Shown one piece after another: positions 1 through 9,375 of a stretch of 64,000 nt of DNA (within the stretch, counting starts at the first letter, position 1; each line of letters starts with the position of its first letter). A program made the position numbers and the translations under genes. The stretch comes from Candidatus Latescibacterota bacterium (lineage in GTDB: Bacteria; Latescibacterota; UBA2968; UBA8231): positions 5,920,001-5,984,000 of the forward strand of contig OZ241867.1 of the NCBI GenBank assembly GCA_965203175.1, in the 5' to 3' direction. Below the pieces are notes generated by a model. It was not told the DNA's origin. It did no database searches and worked only from the letters and a program-made list of their open reading frames with translations.

Positions 1-464
1 CCGTAGGGATAGTAGCGCTGGGTCTCGATTTCAATGTCGAGCAGGGGCCAGTCGGCCTTGAGCCGCTCTTCGACAATCGATACCGTGCGGAAATCAACAT
101 CGCGTTTGAGACGGATGGTGCGGTATTTGCGGCTGTACTTGCCGTCTAGTTCTGGGTCGCCAATGGCCTCTGTAAACGCCGCAGTAGCCGCGTCGAAATC
201 CTTTTGCGAGGTGCGCTCCAATGAGACGGTATAAAACGGTCGGGTGCGAGCCAAGATGCGGCCATCGCGATCGTAGATCAGCCCGCGCGGGGCTTTGACG
301 CGCCGCTGAGCAATGCGGTTTTCCTCGGACTCGCGGGCGTAGTCAGCCGAGGTGATAACCTGCAAATAGAACAGACGCAGGACCAAAACCGCGAACAGCA
401 AGACGACGGGTACGAGGAGGCGGTTGAGGGGCGGGCGCTGATCTTGTTGTAGCTGGTGTTCCAT
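1..464 (-). CDS. mrdA: Penicillin-binding protein 2, 5' part (runs off window start)
   Basis: Manual translation from ATG at 464: MEHQ...VLVLRLFYLQVITSADYARESEENRIAQRRVKAPRGLIYDRDGRILA, the class B PBP N-terminal signature; directly downstream of mreD. Confidence 0.9.
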   Translation of the reverse strand, partial: MEHQLQQDQRPPLNRLLVPVVLLFAVLVLRLFYLQVITSADYARESEENRIAQRRVKAPRGLIYDRDGRILARTRPFYTVSLERTSQKDFDAATAAFTEAIGDPELDGKYSRKYRTIRLKRDVDFRTVSIVEERLKADWPLLDIEIETQRYYPY

Positions 465-466
465 AA

Positions 467-934
467 TCAAGCGGGAAAGATATAGCGTTTGACAGTCAAG
501 CCGGCTAAGCAAACCATACTGATCAGGCCTGTGTACACGGCGCGGCCCAAGATGCTACCCACCTCAAAGGGCACATCGGCGCTGGCTCCCACATAGTATA
601 TGAGATCATGGCAGATCACAGCACCAAAAATCAGCGCGGTCTGAACTTGGATGCTATCGGCGACCATGCGAGTGTGGCTGTAGCCAAAACCCGCGCCGAT
701 AAGCGACTTGGCAAACGCATTGACTCCGAGATCGGCGGGCAGATAGATGTCCTGGAAGATGCCGACCCCCAGTCCCATATAAGCCCCAACAACCGGCCCG
801 CTGCGCAGCGCGATGAAGCTCAACGTCATAATCAATAAATCGGGTTTGATTGACCATACTTTTATAGAATCGACCCAAGTGGTTTGCAAGATGAAGGCCA
901 GTGCCAGCAAGAGAATATGGCGGACCACAATCAT
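467..934 (-). CDS. mreD: Rod shape-determining protein MreD
   Basis: Hydrophobic ~155 aa protein with IKPDLLI and GIFQDI motifs; upstream of mrdA; start taken at MIVVRH. Confidence 0.85.
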   Translation of the reverse strand: MIVVRHILLLALAFILQTTWVDSIKVWSIKPDLLIMTLSFIALRSGPVVGAYMGLGVGIFQDIYLPADLGVNAFAKSLIGAGFGYSHTRMVADSIQVQTALIFGAVICHDLIYYVGASADVPFEVGSILGRAVYTGLISMVCLAGLTVKRYIFPA

Positions 935-935
935 G

Positions 936-2810
936 TCACCTCGGGATTTGCAAGGTCGTGCCCGCCAGCAGCGTCTCCGAGAGGCCGATATTGTTCTGCC
1001 GGGCAATATCGCTGGGAGCGAGACCGAATTTGCGGGCGATGCTGTGCAGCGTATCGCCCGTGACTACGGTATACAGCCGCGCTTGCTCGTTGGCCACTGT
1101 TAGCTGTTGACCGGGCTTAATCAGCGCCTTTTCGAGACCGTTCCACGCCTGCAAGTCGGCGACGCTAACCGCAAATCGCCGGGCCAACTCCCACAACGTA
1201 TCGCCCTGCTGCACCGTATAAGTTCCGCCGCTCGTCACCTCTCGGAAGACAGGCTGTTGTCGCACCACCAATTCCTGACCGGGTTTGATCAAAGTAGTTT
1301 TGAGGCCATTCCATTTCATCAGATCGCGCAGGCTCACCCCGTGCTGGGAGGCGATGCGGCCGAGTACGTCGTTCGGGCGGACGGTATAGGTCCCCCGGCG
1401 ACCACTCGCTGGTTTGGCCCTCGGGGCAACCGGGATATAGAGCAACTGTCGCGGCCGGATGAGGTTGGGGTTTCTAAGACTATTGGCCGCGGCAATGACC
1501 CGCGTGGAGACGCCAAAGGTCTGGGCGATGCCAGAGATCGTATCGCCGCGCTGCACTCGGTATTGATGGACCGCGGCTTTCTGGGGGATTGGCAGACTGG
1601 CGTACTGGTCGAGCAAGATCGGGCCCTTGCCGGGCGGGACCCGAAGGGTATAAGGCGAGCTACTCCTCGGCGGCGTGATGTCTTGGCGTAGCTCGGGGTT
1701 GAGGTCGTGCAATACCTGGCGTTCGATGCCCAAGAGTTGAGCCGCTGCTTTCAGATCGACATAAAGCCAGTCTTTGGGCAGGACGACCTCCTCGTATGCA
1801 AAGGCTGGCTCTTCGGCTTGGGGTTCAAAGCCAAAAAGTTGTGGATCTTTGGCTATGACGGCCGCGGCCATGAAGAGTGGCACGTAGTTTTTCGTTTCGC
1901 GGGGCAAGTCGAGCTGCCAATAGTCGTTGGTGCCGGCGCGGACGATGGCCCGGCGGACTCGTCCTGGCCCACCGTTGTATGCGGCCAACGCTAAGCGCCA
2001 GTCGCCGAACTCTTCAAAAAGGTCTTTTAGGTAGAGGGCAGCTTTCTCGGTCGCCTTGATCGGGTCGCGCCGTTCGTCGATCCAGTGGGTGATCTCGAGA
2101 TCCATCATGCGGCCGGTGCGCGCCATAAACTGCCACAACCCCACGGCCCGCGACCGCGAATAGGCCCTTGGGTTGAGGCCGCTTTCGATGACCGCTACGT
2201 AGAAAAGGTCACTGGGCATCTCCTCGCGCCGAAGTATATCGCCGATCAGCGTGCGGTAGCGTCCGGCGCGCTGCAACCAAGTGGCAAAGGTCTTGCGACC
2301 CCGCGTCTGGAAAAAGCGGATCTTGGCGACGACGCGGTCATTGTCGTCAATTGGCATGTCGCAGCGAGGGCTGAGCTGGCGGATGCGGACCAAAAGCTTG
2401 GCATCGGCCGGCAGGTGCTCGATTTTTTCCTCGGATAGCAGCAGCAAGCGGCTGTTGTCGGGAAAGTCCTTCAAGTGCGGCAACAAGTCGAGGTATGCCT
2501 GCTCAATAGCCGATTCGAGCGTTGCGGCCTGCACGGTATCCACGAGCGCGTCGTGCTCGTCGAGGTCGGCTAAAATGCCGAAGGCCACATCGAGGGCCTC
2601 TTGCGCTCGTTGGGTCTGCCCTAGAGCGTGGCTTTCAATAGCGAGGTGCAAGTACCAGCGAACGGCGCGCAGATCGGCCATATCTGGCGGCGGGTCCACA
2701 ACCGTAGGCATGACCGGTGTGGTCGTCTCGTCGAAGACCAAAGGTCCGGTGCTTTTGCCATGGGCACAGGCCATGAAGAGCAATGCGATAATACAACAAT
2801 ACAAGCGCAT
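936..2810 (-). CDS. Lytic transglycosylase (MltD-like SLT domain) with four LysM repeats, lipoprotein-like N-terminus
   Basis: AVIESGLNP, AVGLWQFM, LALAAYNGG and ETKNYVP SLT motifs; four Y-x-V-x-x-G/N-D LysM repeats. Confidence 0.93.
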   Translation of the reverse strand: MRLYCCIIALLFMACAHGKSTGPLVFDETTTPVMPTVVDPPPDMADLRAVRWYLHLAIESHALGQTQRAQEALDVAFGILADLDEHDALVDTVQAATLESAIEQAYLDLLPHLKDFPDNSRLLLLSEEKIEHLPADAKLLVRIRQLSPRCDMPIDDNDRVVAKIRFFQTRGRKTFATWLQRAGRYRTLIGDILRREEMPSDLFYVAVIESGLNPRAYSRSRAVGLWQFMARTGRMMDLEITHWIDERRDPIKATEKAALYLKDLFEEFGDWRLALAAYNGGPGRVRRAIVRAGTNDYWQLDLPRETKNYVPLFMAAAVIAKDPQLFGFEPQAEEPAFAYEEVVLPKDWLYVDLKAAAQLLGIERQVLHDLNPELRQDITPPRSSSPYTLRVPPGKGPILLDQYASLPIPQKAAVHQYRVQRGDTISGIAQTFGVSTRVIAAANSLRNPNLIRPRQLLYIPVAPRAKPASGRRGTYTVRPNDVLGRIASQHGVSLRDLMKWNGLKTTLIKPGQELVVRQQPVFREVTSGGTYTVQQGDTLWELARRFAVSVADLQAWNGLEKALIKPGQQLTVANEQARLYTVVTGDTLHSIARKFGLAPSDIARQNNIGLSETLLAGTTLQIPR

Positions 2811-2816
2811 GACGCG

Positions 2817-3590
2817 TCAGTCCTCCTCCGAGACGAGGATCTGGGAGCGGACCTTGAGGGCAAGGGGATAGTACTTCCCGATTCGTTCAGCCGCGGCCTG
2901 GGCCTGTGCCTCGGTGCGGTAGTTACCGACTTCGATCTTGTAGTAAGGTTCCTTAAAGACCACGTTGATGTCTTCGCGCTTCAGGCGCTTTTTTGCGTCG
3001 CCCACTAGGCGGCTGGCCTTGTCGTGTTCTAGGAATTGGGCGATCTGCACCTTCCAGCCAATGGTAGTCACTAGCTCAAGCTCGGGTTCCACAGGACCAG
3101 AATCGGACACCGCGCTCGCCGGAACCTCAACGACATAAGCGTCGGCGTAGTCCGGACCGAGTGAGGAGACCTGCTCTTTGAGGGCCGTAGCCTCGGCGCG
3201 AGTGGCGTATTGGCCGGCTTGCAGTACTGAGTGCTCATTGCGGGCCACTAGATAAACCCTCACACCGAGCGCGCGTTCTAGCTCGGCGCGGCGCTGGCGG
3301 GCCATGGCTTCGTTACTCAGAGCAACTAGCTGGAGGCGATAGACCGAAGCCCTCGCTACCGGAGCGCGGTCCTGCGCGGGGACCGCTGGTTCCGCTGGGG
3401 TTTGGGTTTGGTCGCTTTCCTCTTTCTCGCGTTGAATCGGCTCAATTAGCAAGTCTTCGCCAAGGCTACGCGGGTCGAATTCTTCGCGACTAGTGGGTGC
3501 GGCGTCGCCCGAATCTGTGCGCCAACGCGGCGCGCTCGCGCAGTGAGCCGTGGCGAGTAGGGCCAATAATAGGATCGGATAGCTTTTCAT
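2817..3590 (-). CDS. SPOR-domain protein (two SPOR-like domains) with signal peptide
   Basis: YRLQLVAL...QAGQY and WKVQIAQF...PYYKIEVGNY motifs; start overlaps the mtnA stop. Confidence 0.75.
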   Translation of the reverse strand: MKSYPILLLALLATAHCASAPRWRTDSGDAAPTSREEFDPRSLGEDLLIEPIQREKEESDQTQTPAEPAVPAQDRAPVARASVYRLQLVALSNEAMARQRRAELERALGVRVYLVARNEHSVLQAGQYATRAEATALKEQVSSLGPDYADAYVVEVPASAVSDSGPVEPELELVTTIGWKVQIAQFLEHDKASRLVGDAKKRLKREDINVVFKEPYYKIEVGNYRTEAQAQAAAERIGKYYPLALKVRSQILVSEED

Positions 3591-4627
3591 GGTTCGATCC
3601 AAGCGCGCAGGGCGGGTTCGTACGGAGCGCGGGCGACGCCCTTTTCCGAAATGATCGCCGACACCAAGCCGCAGGGTGTGACGTCAAAGGCCGGATTGTA
3701 AACGGGCACCGCGTCTGGGGCCGTGGGCTTGCCCATGCCTTCGCGGACCTCAGTTGCGTCGCGCTTCTCAATGGGAATTTCCGCACCCGAGGCCAATTCC
3801 ATGTCGAGGGTCGAGACCGGCGCGGCCACGTAGAAAGGCACGCCGTGCTCGCGGGCGAGAATGGCCAGCCCGTAGGTGCCGATCTTGTTGGCTACGTCGC
3901 CGTTGCTAGCGATGCGGTCAGCACCCACTATGCAGCAGTCAATCGCCTCATTTCGCAGCACGACCGCGGCCGCATTGTCGCAGATAACCCTGACATCGAT
4001 GCCGCTCTGCATCAGCTCCCACGCCGTCAGCCGCGAACCTTGGAGCAAGGGGCGGGTTTCGTCTGCAAACACGGCGACTTTCTTACCTGCCTCTTGGGCT
4101 GCATAGACGACCCCTAAGGCCGTGCCGTAATCAGCCGTAGCCAAGCCGCCGGCGTTGCAGTGGGTAATGACTTGGCTGCCATCGCGTAGGAGTGCCGCGC
4201 CGTGCGCGCCGATCTGGCGACAGATTTGGCGGTCTTCCTCAAAGAGGCGGTGCGCGGCCTCTAGCAGAGCGTCGCAGATGGCGTGGTTGTCGCGGCTTCG
4301 ACTCGCCGCCAACACCTCCTGCATCTGATCCAAGGCCCAGAACAGGTTGACCGCAGTGGGCCGGGTGCGGGCGAGGCGGGCAATATCATCTTCCACGCGG
4401 CGACAAAAGGCCTCGGGGGCGCAATCGACCGCGGCGCGCGCACCTACCACGACGCCGTACGCAGCCGCCAAGCCAATGGCCGGTGCACCGCGCACCACCA
4501 GCCCTTCAATAGCGCGGGCGATATCCTCGACGTGGCGGTAGGTCGCGTACACCAATTCCTCGGGCAAGCGAGTTTGATCGAGCAGGATCAGCGCATCGTC
4601 CTGCCATCTGAGCGTTTGCATCGGCAT
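3587..4627 (-). CDS. mtnA: S-methyl-5-thioribose-1-phosphate isomerase
   Basis: LLDQTRLP, VRGAPAIG, RPTAVNL, THCNAGGLAT, DETRPLLQGSRLT, NKIGTY and NPAFDVTP motifs. Confidence 0.96.
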   Translation of the reverse strand: MPMQTLRWQDDALILLDQTRLPEELVYATYRHVEDIARAIEGLVVRGAPAIGLAAAYGVVVGARAAVDCAPEAFCRRVEDDIARLARTRPTAVNLFWALDQMQEVLAASRSRDNHAICDALLEAAHRLFEEDRQICRQIGAHGAALLRDGSQVITHCNAGGLATADYGTALGVVYAAQEAGKKVAVFADETRPLLQGSRLTAWELMQSGIDVRVICDNAAAVVLRNEAIDCCIVGADRIASNGDVANKIGTYGLAILAREHGVPFYVAAPVSTLDMELASGAEIPIEKRDATEVREGMGKPTAPDAVPVYNPAFDVTPCGLVSAIISEKGVARAPYEPALRAWIEP

Positions 4628-5028
4628 TAGAAAGTCGAAAATTCAAAGGGCTTTTCTGCGGCTTCCTCGGGCACATCCCCATCTGCGAAGTCCGTGCGCT
4701 CGGCGTCGCCCCACAGCCTCTCTAGGGCGTAGAAGTCGCGTGCCTCCTCGCGAAAGATGTGGACGACGAAATCGACGAAATCCATCAGCACCCAGCGCCG
4801 AGTATCCGCGCCCTCAATGTGCCAAGGTTTTTCTCCCATCTCGGCGAGCTGGTCTCGCACCGCATCGACGAGACTGCGGATGTGCTGTTCAGAGGAACCC
4901 GTACAAAGTAGGAAGTAGTCGCAGGCGTCGGAAACATCGCGCAGGTCCAACAAGGTTATTGCGAAGGCCTTCTTATCTTGTAAAATTTCTACGACGCGGG
5001 CGATGCGCGGCTCTTGACACAGGCTCAT
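4627..5028 (-). CDS. rsfS: Ribosome silencing factor (Iojap family)
   Basis: DKKA, CDYFLLCTG and WVLMDFVDFVVHIF...RDFYALERLW motifs; start uncertain. Confidence 0.93.
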   Translation of the reverse strand: MSLCQEPRIARVVEILQDKKAFAITLLDLRDVSDACDYFLLCTGSSEQHIRSLVDAVRDQLAEMGEKPWHIEGADTRRWVLMDFVDFVVHIFREEARDFYALERLWGDAERTDFADGDVPEEAAEKPFEFSTF

Positions 5029-5044
5029 AGATGTTTTCTCATGG

Positions 5045-5509
5045 TTACTTAGCCGGATCGAGTAGGCCGATGCGGCGGTAGTCGCGCCCGATGACAATCG
5101 AGACGCTCGCCAGACTGAACTGGCTTTCCTTCTGCTGCTGAATAAAATGAGGTATTCCCAAGACCTCCGCCACTTGTCGGGCTTGCTCGATATCGCCGTC
5201 CAAATCGACGACGAGGGTGTGGAGGTAATTAAAGCTGGGCGCGTTGCCTTCGTGAATCACGTCTAACCCGAGGGCACGGACCTTTTTGCGCAGGCGGGCG
5301 GCGACTTGCGATTCGCCTCCGCCGTTGAGAATTTCGACCCGAATGGGACTAAGCTGGGGAGCGGTTTCCGGCTTGGAGACTTCCTGTGGGGGCGTTGGCT
5401 CGGGTGCAGCAGATTGCGGCCAGAAGGCTGCCTTGAGGAGAAGGGCTATGGCCACAGTGGCCAGCCCCCACAAAATTAGCTCCTGCACGTAGAGATTTTC
5501 TCGATCCAT
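5045..5509 (-). CDS. LytR C-terminal domain membrane protein
   Basis: N-terminal TM helix; IRVEILNGGG...VSIVIGRDY, typical of LytR_C. Confidence 0.8.
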   Translation of the reverse strand: MDRENLYVQELILWGLATVAIALLLKAAFWPQSAAPEPTPPQEVSKPETAPQLSPIRVEILNGGGESQVAARLRKKVRALGLDVIHEGNAPSFNYLHTLVVDLDGDIEQARQVAEVLGIPHFIQQQKESQFSLASVSIVIGRDYRRIGLLDPAK

Positions 5510-5576
5510 CGCTCCAACATCTTTAATTTAATGAATAAAAAACGTCAAGTTAAGTCAAGCAAACAAAGGATGATAC

Positions 5577-6530
5577 GTGGATTTCTGGCGTGAAGAAATC
5601 TTTGTCCATCGCTTCTCCACGGCTGACTTTCTCGCCGCCTGTCACCAAGCGTTCGAGCGGTATGGCGCGGGGGTCATCGACAATCCACCGCGCACCGAAT
5701 CCGTCCAAAAGCGCGGGTCACTCGACTACTTTCGCTTGGATATGCCCGCCGAATGGCCGGGGAAGTTTCGCGCGCGAAAGATCATCGAAGAATTTTCAGA
5801 CGTGGCGACCGGACGACTGGCCAAGCGGGAGGCGTATATCGCATTTGAAGATCTGCAACAGGGCCGATCGTATCGGCTAGAGGCCGGGCACATCACCGAC
5901 TGGCGCACCGGCGCGGCGGGCGCGCTGGGTCTCCAATATCTAGCGGGCGCGGCCATCGAGCGAGTCGCCATCTTGGGAACTGGCCGGATTGCGCGGACTT
6001 TGGCCCTATCCTGCGACGCGCTCTTTGATTTGGCGGAAATTGCCTGCACGAGTCGCCGGGAGGCAAACCGGGCTGCGTTTGCCAAAGCGGTCGAGCCGGA
6101 CCTGCATGCGAGCCTGCGGATAGCAACGTCGCTAGAGACCTGTATCGCCGGAGCCGACGCCGTGCTGACGGCAGTGCCAACGCCGCAGCCCATTTTGACC
6201 TCCGCGGCCCTAGCCGAGGTTCCCTACCTCGCGATCCTCGCCGGGGATAGTCGCACGCGCCAGCTCGCGCCGGAAGTCCTCTATGAGCGCACGGTAGTCG
6301 TCGATGTGCTCGCCCAAGCCCAGAAGTCCGGGGAGTTTCGCTTTGCCGCCGAGCAGGGCCAAGCCGAGCAGATCGCCTTGGCGCGCAATGCCGAGGGCAC
6401 AGTACTAGATATCGGCGACGCCGCCTGCGGCCGGCTTGGCGCAATCGCGCCGAGCGTGGTTTATCTGACGGGGATGGGGGCGCAGGACTTGTGCGCGGCG
6501 GCCATGGTGTACCACCGCCTACTCACTTGA
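5577..6530 (+). CDS. Ornithine cyclodeaminase/mu-crystallin family protein
   Basis: ITDWRTGAAG, ILGTGRIA and LTGMGAQD motifs. Confidence 0.8.
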   Translation: MDFWREEIFVHRFSTADFLAACHQAFERYGAGVIDNPPRTESVQKRGSLDYFRLDMPAEWPGKFRARKIIEEFSDVATGRLAKREAYIAFEDLQQGRSYRLEAGHITDWRTGAAGALGLQYLAGAAIERVAILGTGRIARTLALSCDALFDLAEIACTSRREANRAAFAKAVEPDLHASLRIATSLETCIAGADAVLTAVPTPQPILTSAALAEVPYLAILAGDSRTRQLAPEVLYERTVVVDVLAQAQKSGEFRFAAEQGQAEQIALARNAEGTVLDIGDAACGRLGAIAPSVVYLTGMGAQDLCAAAMVYHRLLT

Positions 6531-9354
6531 ACAACCCCGAGTACTTAAAGGTCATAATGTAGTCCTGCGAGCCTTTCTTCTTGGCTCGGGGCCGACTGTC
6601 GTAAATATCCCAGCCGAAGCCGAAGAGAAACTGATCTTTGTAAAAGGAAACGGCCACGCCCAGAGAAATGGCCAGCGAGTTTCCGGTCGACAGAGCTTCG
6701 AGCACATTGCCAATGGCGGTGAAATGGATGCCGGAAATCAACGGATTATCCACGTTGTGCCAGCCGGCAAAGGCCAATCCAGGCAAGCCAATCAGACGCT
6801 CGGTTTGGCCTGGGACCGCGTTGCCGTCGACGTCGGTATAATTGCGCCCGGGGCGGATCGTCAAAAAGGAAACCAGCGGCTTGGCCTCAAATTCCCACTT
6901 CCAGCCCCCGGCTTCCAAAAGCTGCGACACGCTCTGCGGCGGGGCACCCGGGTAACTATGGGTAGTGATTTTGAGCCGCACTCGGCGATTGTCTTCTTCC
7001 GACAGCTGCAAGTTGAGATCCTCAGCCAGGACGCGCCCACCACTCGACTCGTAGATTGTGACCTTCTTCTTTTGGATACTGCCTTTGGGGGCGTAGTTTT
7101 CGTCGAGCCGGGTCCACTCAACGACCATCTCGCGACCGATCAGCACCCGCCGCAGCGAGTCGGGAATTGCAAAGGCCACATCCACTTTGGTGCCGTCTTT
7201 TTGCACGACGGGGACATTATTCCAGCCGACGGCCAAGGGCTGGGTCTTCTCGCCGCGCGAGACCAAAACCTCGACAATCTGCGCCAAGTCGATGTCTGCG
7301 AGCACCCCATCCCCTTTGTATTCGAGTGGACGGGCGCGATCCTTGACGTCGTTGCTGACCAACAAAACGCGTCCTCGGCGGTCGCCTAGGGCATCGGGCG
7401 TAAAAAAGAGCGTGAGGCGCGCGGACTCGCCCGGGGCCAGCGCGAATTGCGCCGGCTCAACGTGGGCCTCCTTGCTTTGAGGATGCGCTTCGACTTGCAA
7501 CACGGTATCGCCGACGTTGGTGGCCACTAAAGTCCTCTCCGTCTGCTCCCCCAAGACCACGTAGCCAAAATCGACGACACCCGCCGGATTTAACTCGATT
7601 TCCGCGGCCACGCCGTTGCCTTTGAGTAGGATGTCAAGCGCCATTATCTCATTCGCGCCCAAACCGTCCAAGCGCAAAGTCCCCGAAATCGCTCCGCGGG
7701 CCGACGGGCTAAAGGACACGTGCAGCGGCAAGGTGCGCTGGCTGTGGGCCGGCAGCAGGAACCTGCTGTCGGCGTCGATTGGGGTGTGGGCGGTAAATTC
7801 GGCGCTCGTCGAGCGAAGCTGGTGAATCTCAAAGTCGGCGTTGCCCACATTGGCTATCTCGACGACCCGGCTACTACTTTCGCCAACGGCAACGCGACCG
7901 AAGTCCACGGTCGCCGGACTGAGGGCGAAAAACTGACCTACGCCCTGCAAGCGCACGGTCTGACGCCTGGCTTCGGCCTCGACGTGGAGGATGGCTTGGC
8001 GAGCACCAGATTCCTTGGGCGAGAAACTCAGTGCCACTTGGGCACTAGCTTTAGGCTGAACGAGGACCGAGTGCTGTTCGAGACCGAATTCAACGCCCTC
8101 GTCAGCAGCCAAGGCAACCTTCACCACGCCCGGCTGTCCTCCCCTGTTCCACAACAGCAAATGGCCGTGCACGGTCCCGCCGATGGGCACGTTGCCAAAG
8201 TCAATGTCACCACTGATAATCTCGATGCTCGGCGGGCTAATTTGGCCGCGACCCGAGAGGGGGATGGCGACGGTGGCAGCTTGCGGATCGCTAGTGTATA
8301 GACGCAGGACGCCACTTTGGTCTCCTTCGCTCTGCGGCACAAACGCCGCGCTCAGGTCGAGCCGTCCCTCGGGAGCGATGGTCGCCGACGAGTCCCCGCC
8401 CCCGAGGGCAAAGGCCGCGCCCTCAATGGCGACGTTTTCAACGTGCAACTCGGCCTGGCCCTGATTGAGGACGGTCACGCGGTGCGCTAAGCGCCGGCCC
8501 ACTTCGACGGTGCCAAAATCGAGACCCACTTGCGGGAGAGGCGAAAAAGCCGCTTGCGGCACCAAACCACTCCCCCGCAGAGGAATGGACCAATTCCCAA
8601 AGTCGGGTGAAGTGACGACGAATTCAGTCGCGACCGGCCGCGCGCGCGTCGGGGCGAACGCAATGTCGATCCGCGTTTCACCGCTGGGGTCAGGCCAAGA
8701 GCCGACATCACCCTCAACGCTAAAGGGACCCCGTAGATCGACAACTTCCATCTGCCCAGCCATCACAGGTACGGTACCGGTGTTTTTGACGATAACAGCC
8801 GCCGTCGCCACTTGCCCGACGGGCACCGCGCCAAAATCCAGCCCTTCGGTCGGCAAAATCACCAAGGTCGGAACGACGGCTACCGCTTGGAGCGGCACGA
8901 CCAAGCGCTCATCTTTGAACAAGGCGGCCACCTGCAACGTCAGTTCGCCCACATACTCCCCGGCCACAGGGGCGCTGAAGCGCACTTCGAGGCTGCTGAC
9001 GCCCTTGCCGTCCAAGCGCAGCGTATCTGATAACGCGCTAAAGCCGTCGCCACTAATACCGACGGTCACCTCAAGTGCGTCGTCTTGCAGATTTTCGACG
9101 GAAACGGACGCTCGCGCCTCCACGCCGACGCCGACTACGCCCAAGTCGAGCGCATTCGGGGCAATGGCGAGGGGCTGGGCGAGCAGAACCGCTGGCAGAA
9201 TCAGGAGAGCGAGCAGAAGAAAAAAAGAAGAGCGACCAATCCGCCAGAATACCGAATACAATGTTTGTCGAAGTTCCACGTCGCAGAGGAGTGGAAAACT
9301 TCCTCTGAGGTATTCTTTACGCCGATTCAGGTCGCTCTCTATCATTCGAAACAT
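6523..9354 (-). CDS. Large secreted/surface protein with about six tandem Ig-like (ASH/choice-of-anchor D type) domains
   Basis: Repeated 'LDFGxVxVG...xxNxG...F.P...G...G.L' units; signal-like hydrophobic stretch; start uncertain. Confidence 0.75.
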   Translation of the reverse strand: MFRMIESDLNRRKEYLRGSFPLLCDVELRQTLYSVFWRIGRSSFFLLLALLILPAVLLAQPLAIAPNALDLGVVGVGVEARASVSVENLQDDALEVTVGISGDGFSALSDTLRLDGKGVSSLEVRFSAPVAGEYVGELTLQVAALFKDERLVVPLQAVAVVPTLVILPTEGLDFGAVPVGQVATAAVIVKNTGTVPVMAGQMEVVDLRGPFSVEGDVGSWPDPSGETRIDIAFAPTRARPVATEFVVTSPDFGNWSIPLRGSGLVPQAAFSPLPQVGLDFGTVEVGRRLAHRVTVLNQGQAELHVENVAIEGAAFALGGGDSSATIAPEGRLDLSAAFVPQSEGDQSGVLRLYTSDPQAATVAIPLSGRGQISPPSIEIISGDIDFGNVPIGGTVHGHLLLWNRGGQPGVVKVALAADEGVEFGLEQHSVLVQPKASAQVALSFSPKESGARQAILHVEAEARRQTVRLQGVGQFFALSPATVDFGRVAVGESSSRVVEIANVGNADFEIHQLRSTSAEFTAHTPIDADSRFLLPAHSQRTLPLHVSFSPSARGAISGTLRLDGLGANEIMALDILLKGNGVAAEIELNPAGVVDFGYVVLGEQTERTLVATNVGDTVLQVEAHPQSKEAHVEPAQFALAPGESARLTLFFTPDALGDRRGRVLLVSNDVKDRARPLEYKGDGVLADIDLAQIVEVLVSRGEKTQPLAVGWNNVPVVQKDGTKVDVAFAIPDSLRRVLIGREMVVEWTRLDENYAPKGSIQKKKVTIYESSGGRVLAEDLNLQLSEEDNRRVRLKITTHSYPGAPPQSVSQLLEAGGWKWEFEAKPLVSFLTIRPGRNYTDVDGNAVPGQTERLIGLPGLAFAGWHNVDNPLISGIHFTAIGNVLEALSTGNSLAISLGVAVSFYKDQFLFGFGWDIYDSRPRAKKKGSQDYIMTFKYSGLFK

Positions 9355-9375
9355 ACGCTTAAATAACCTACCGTG

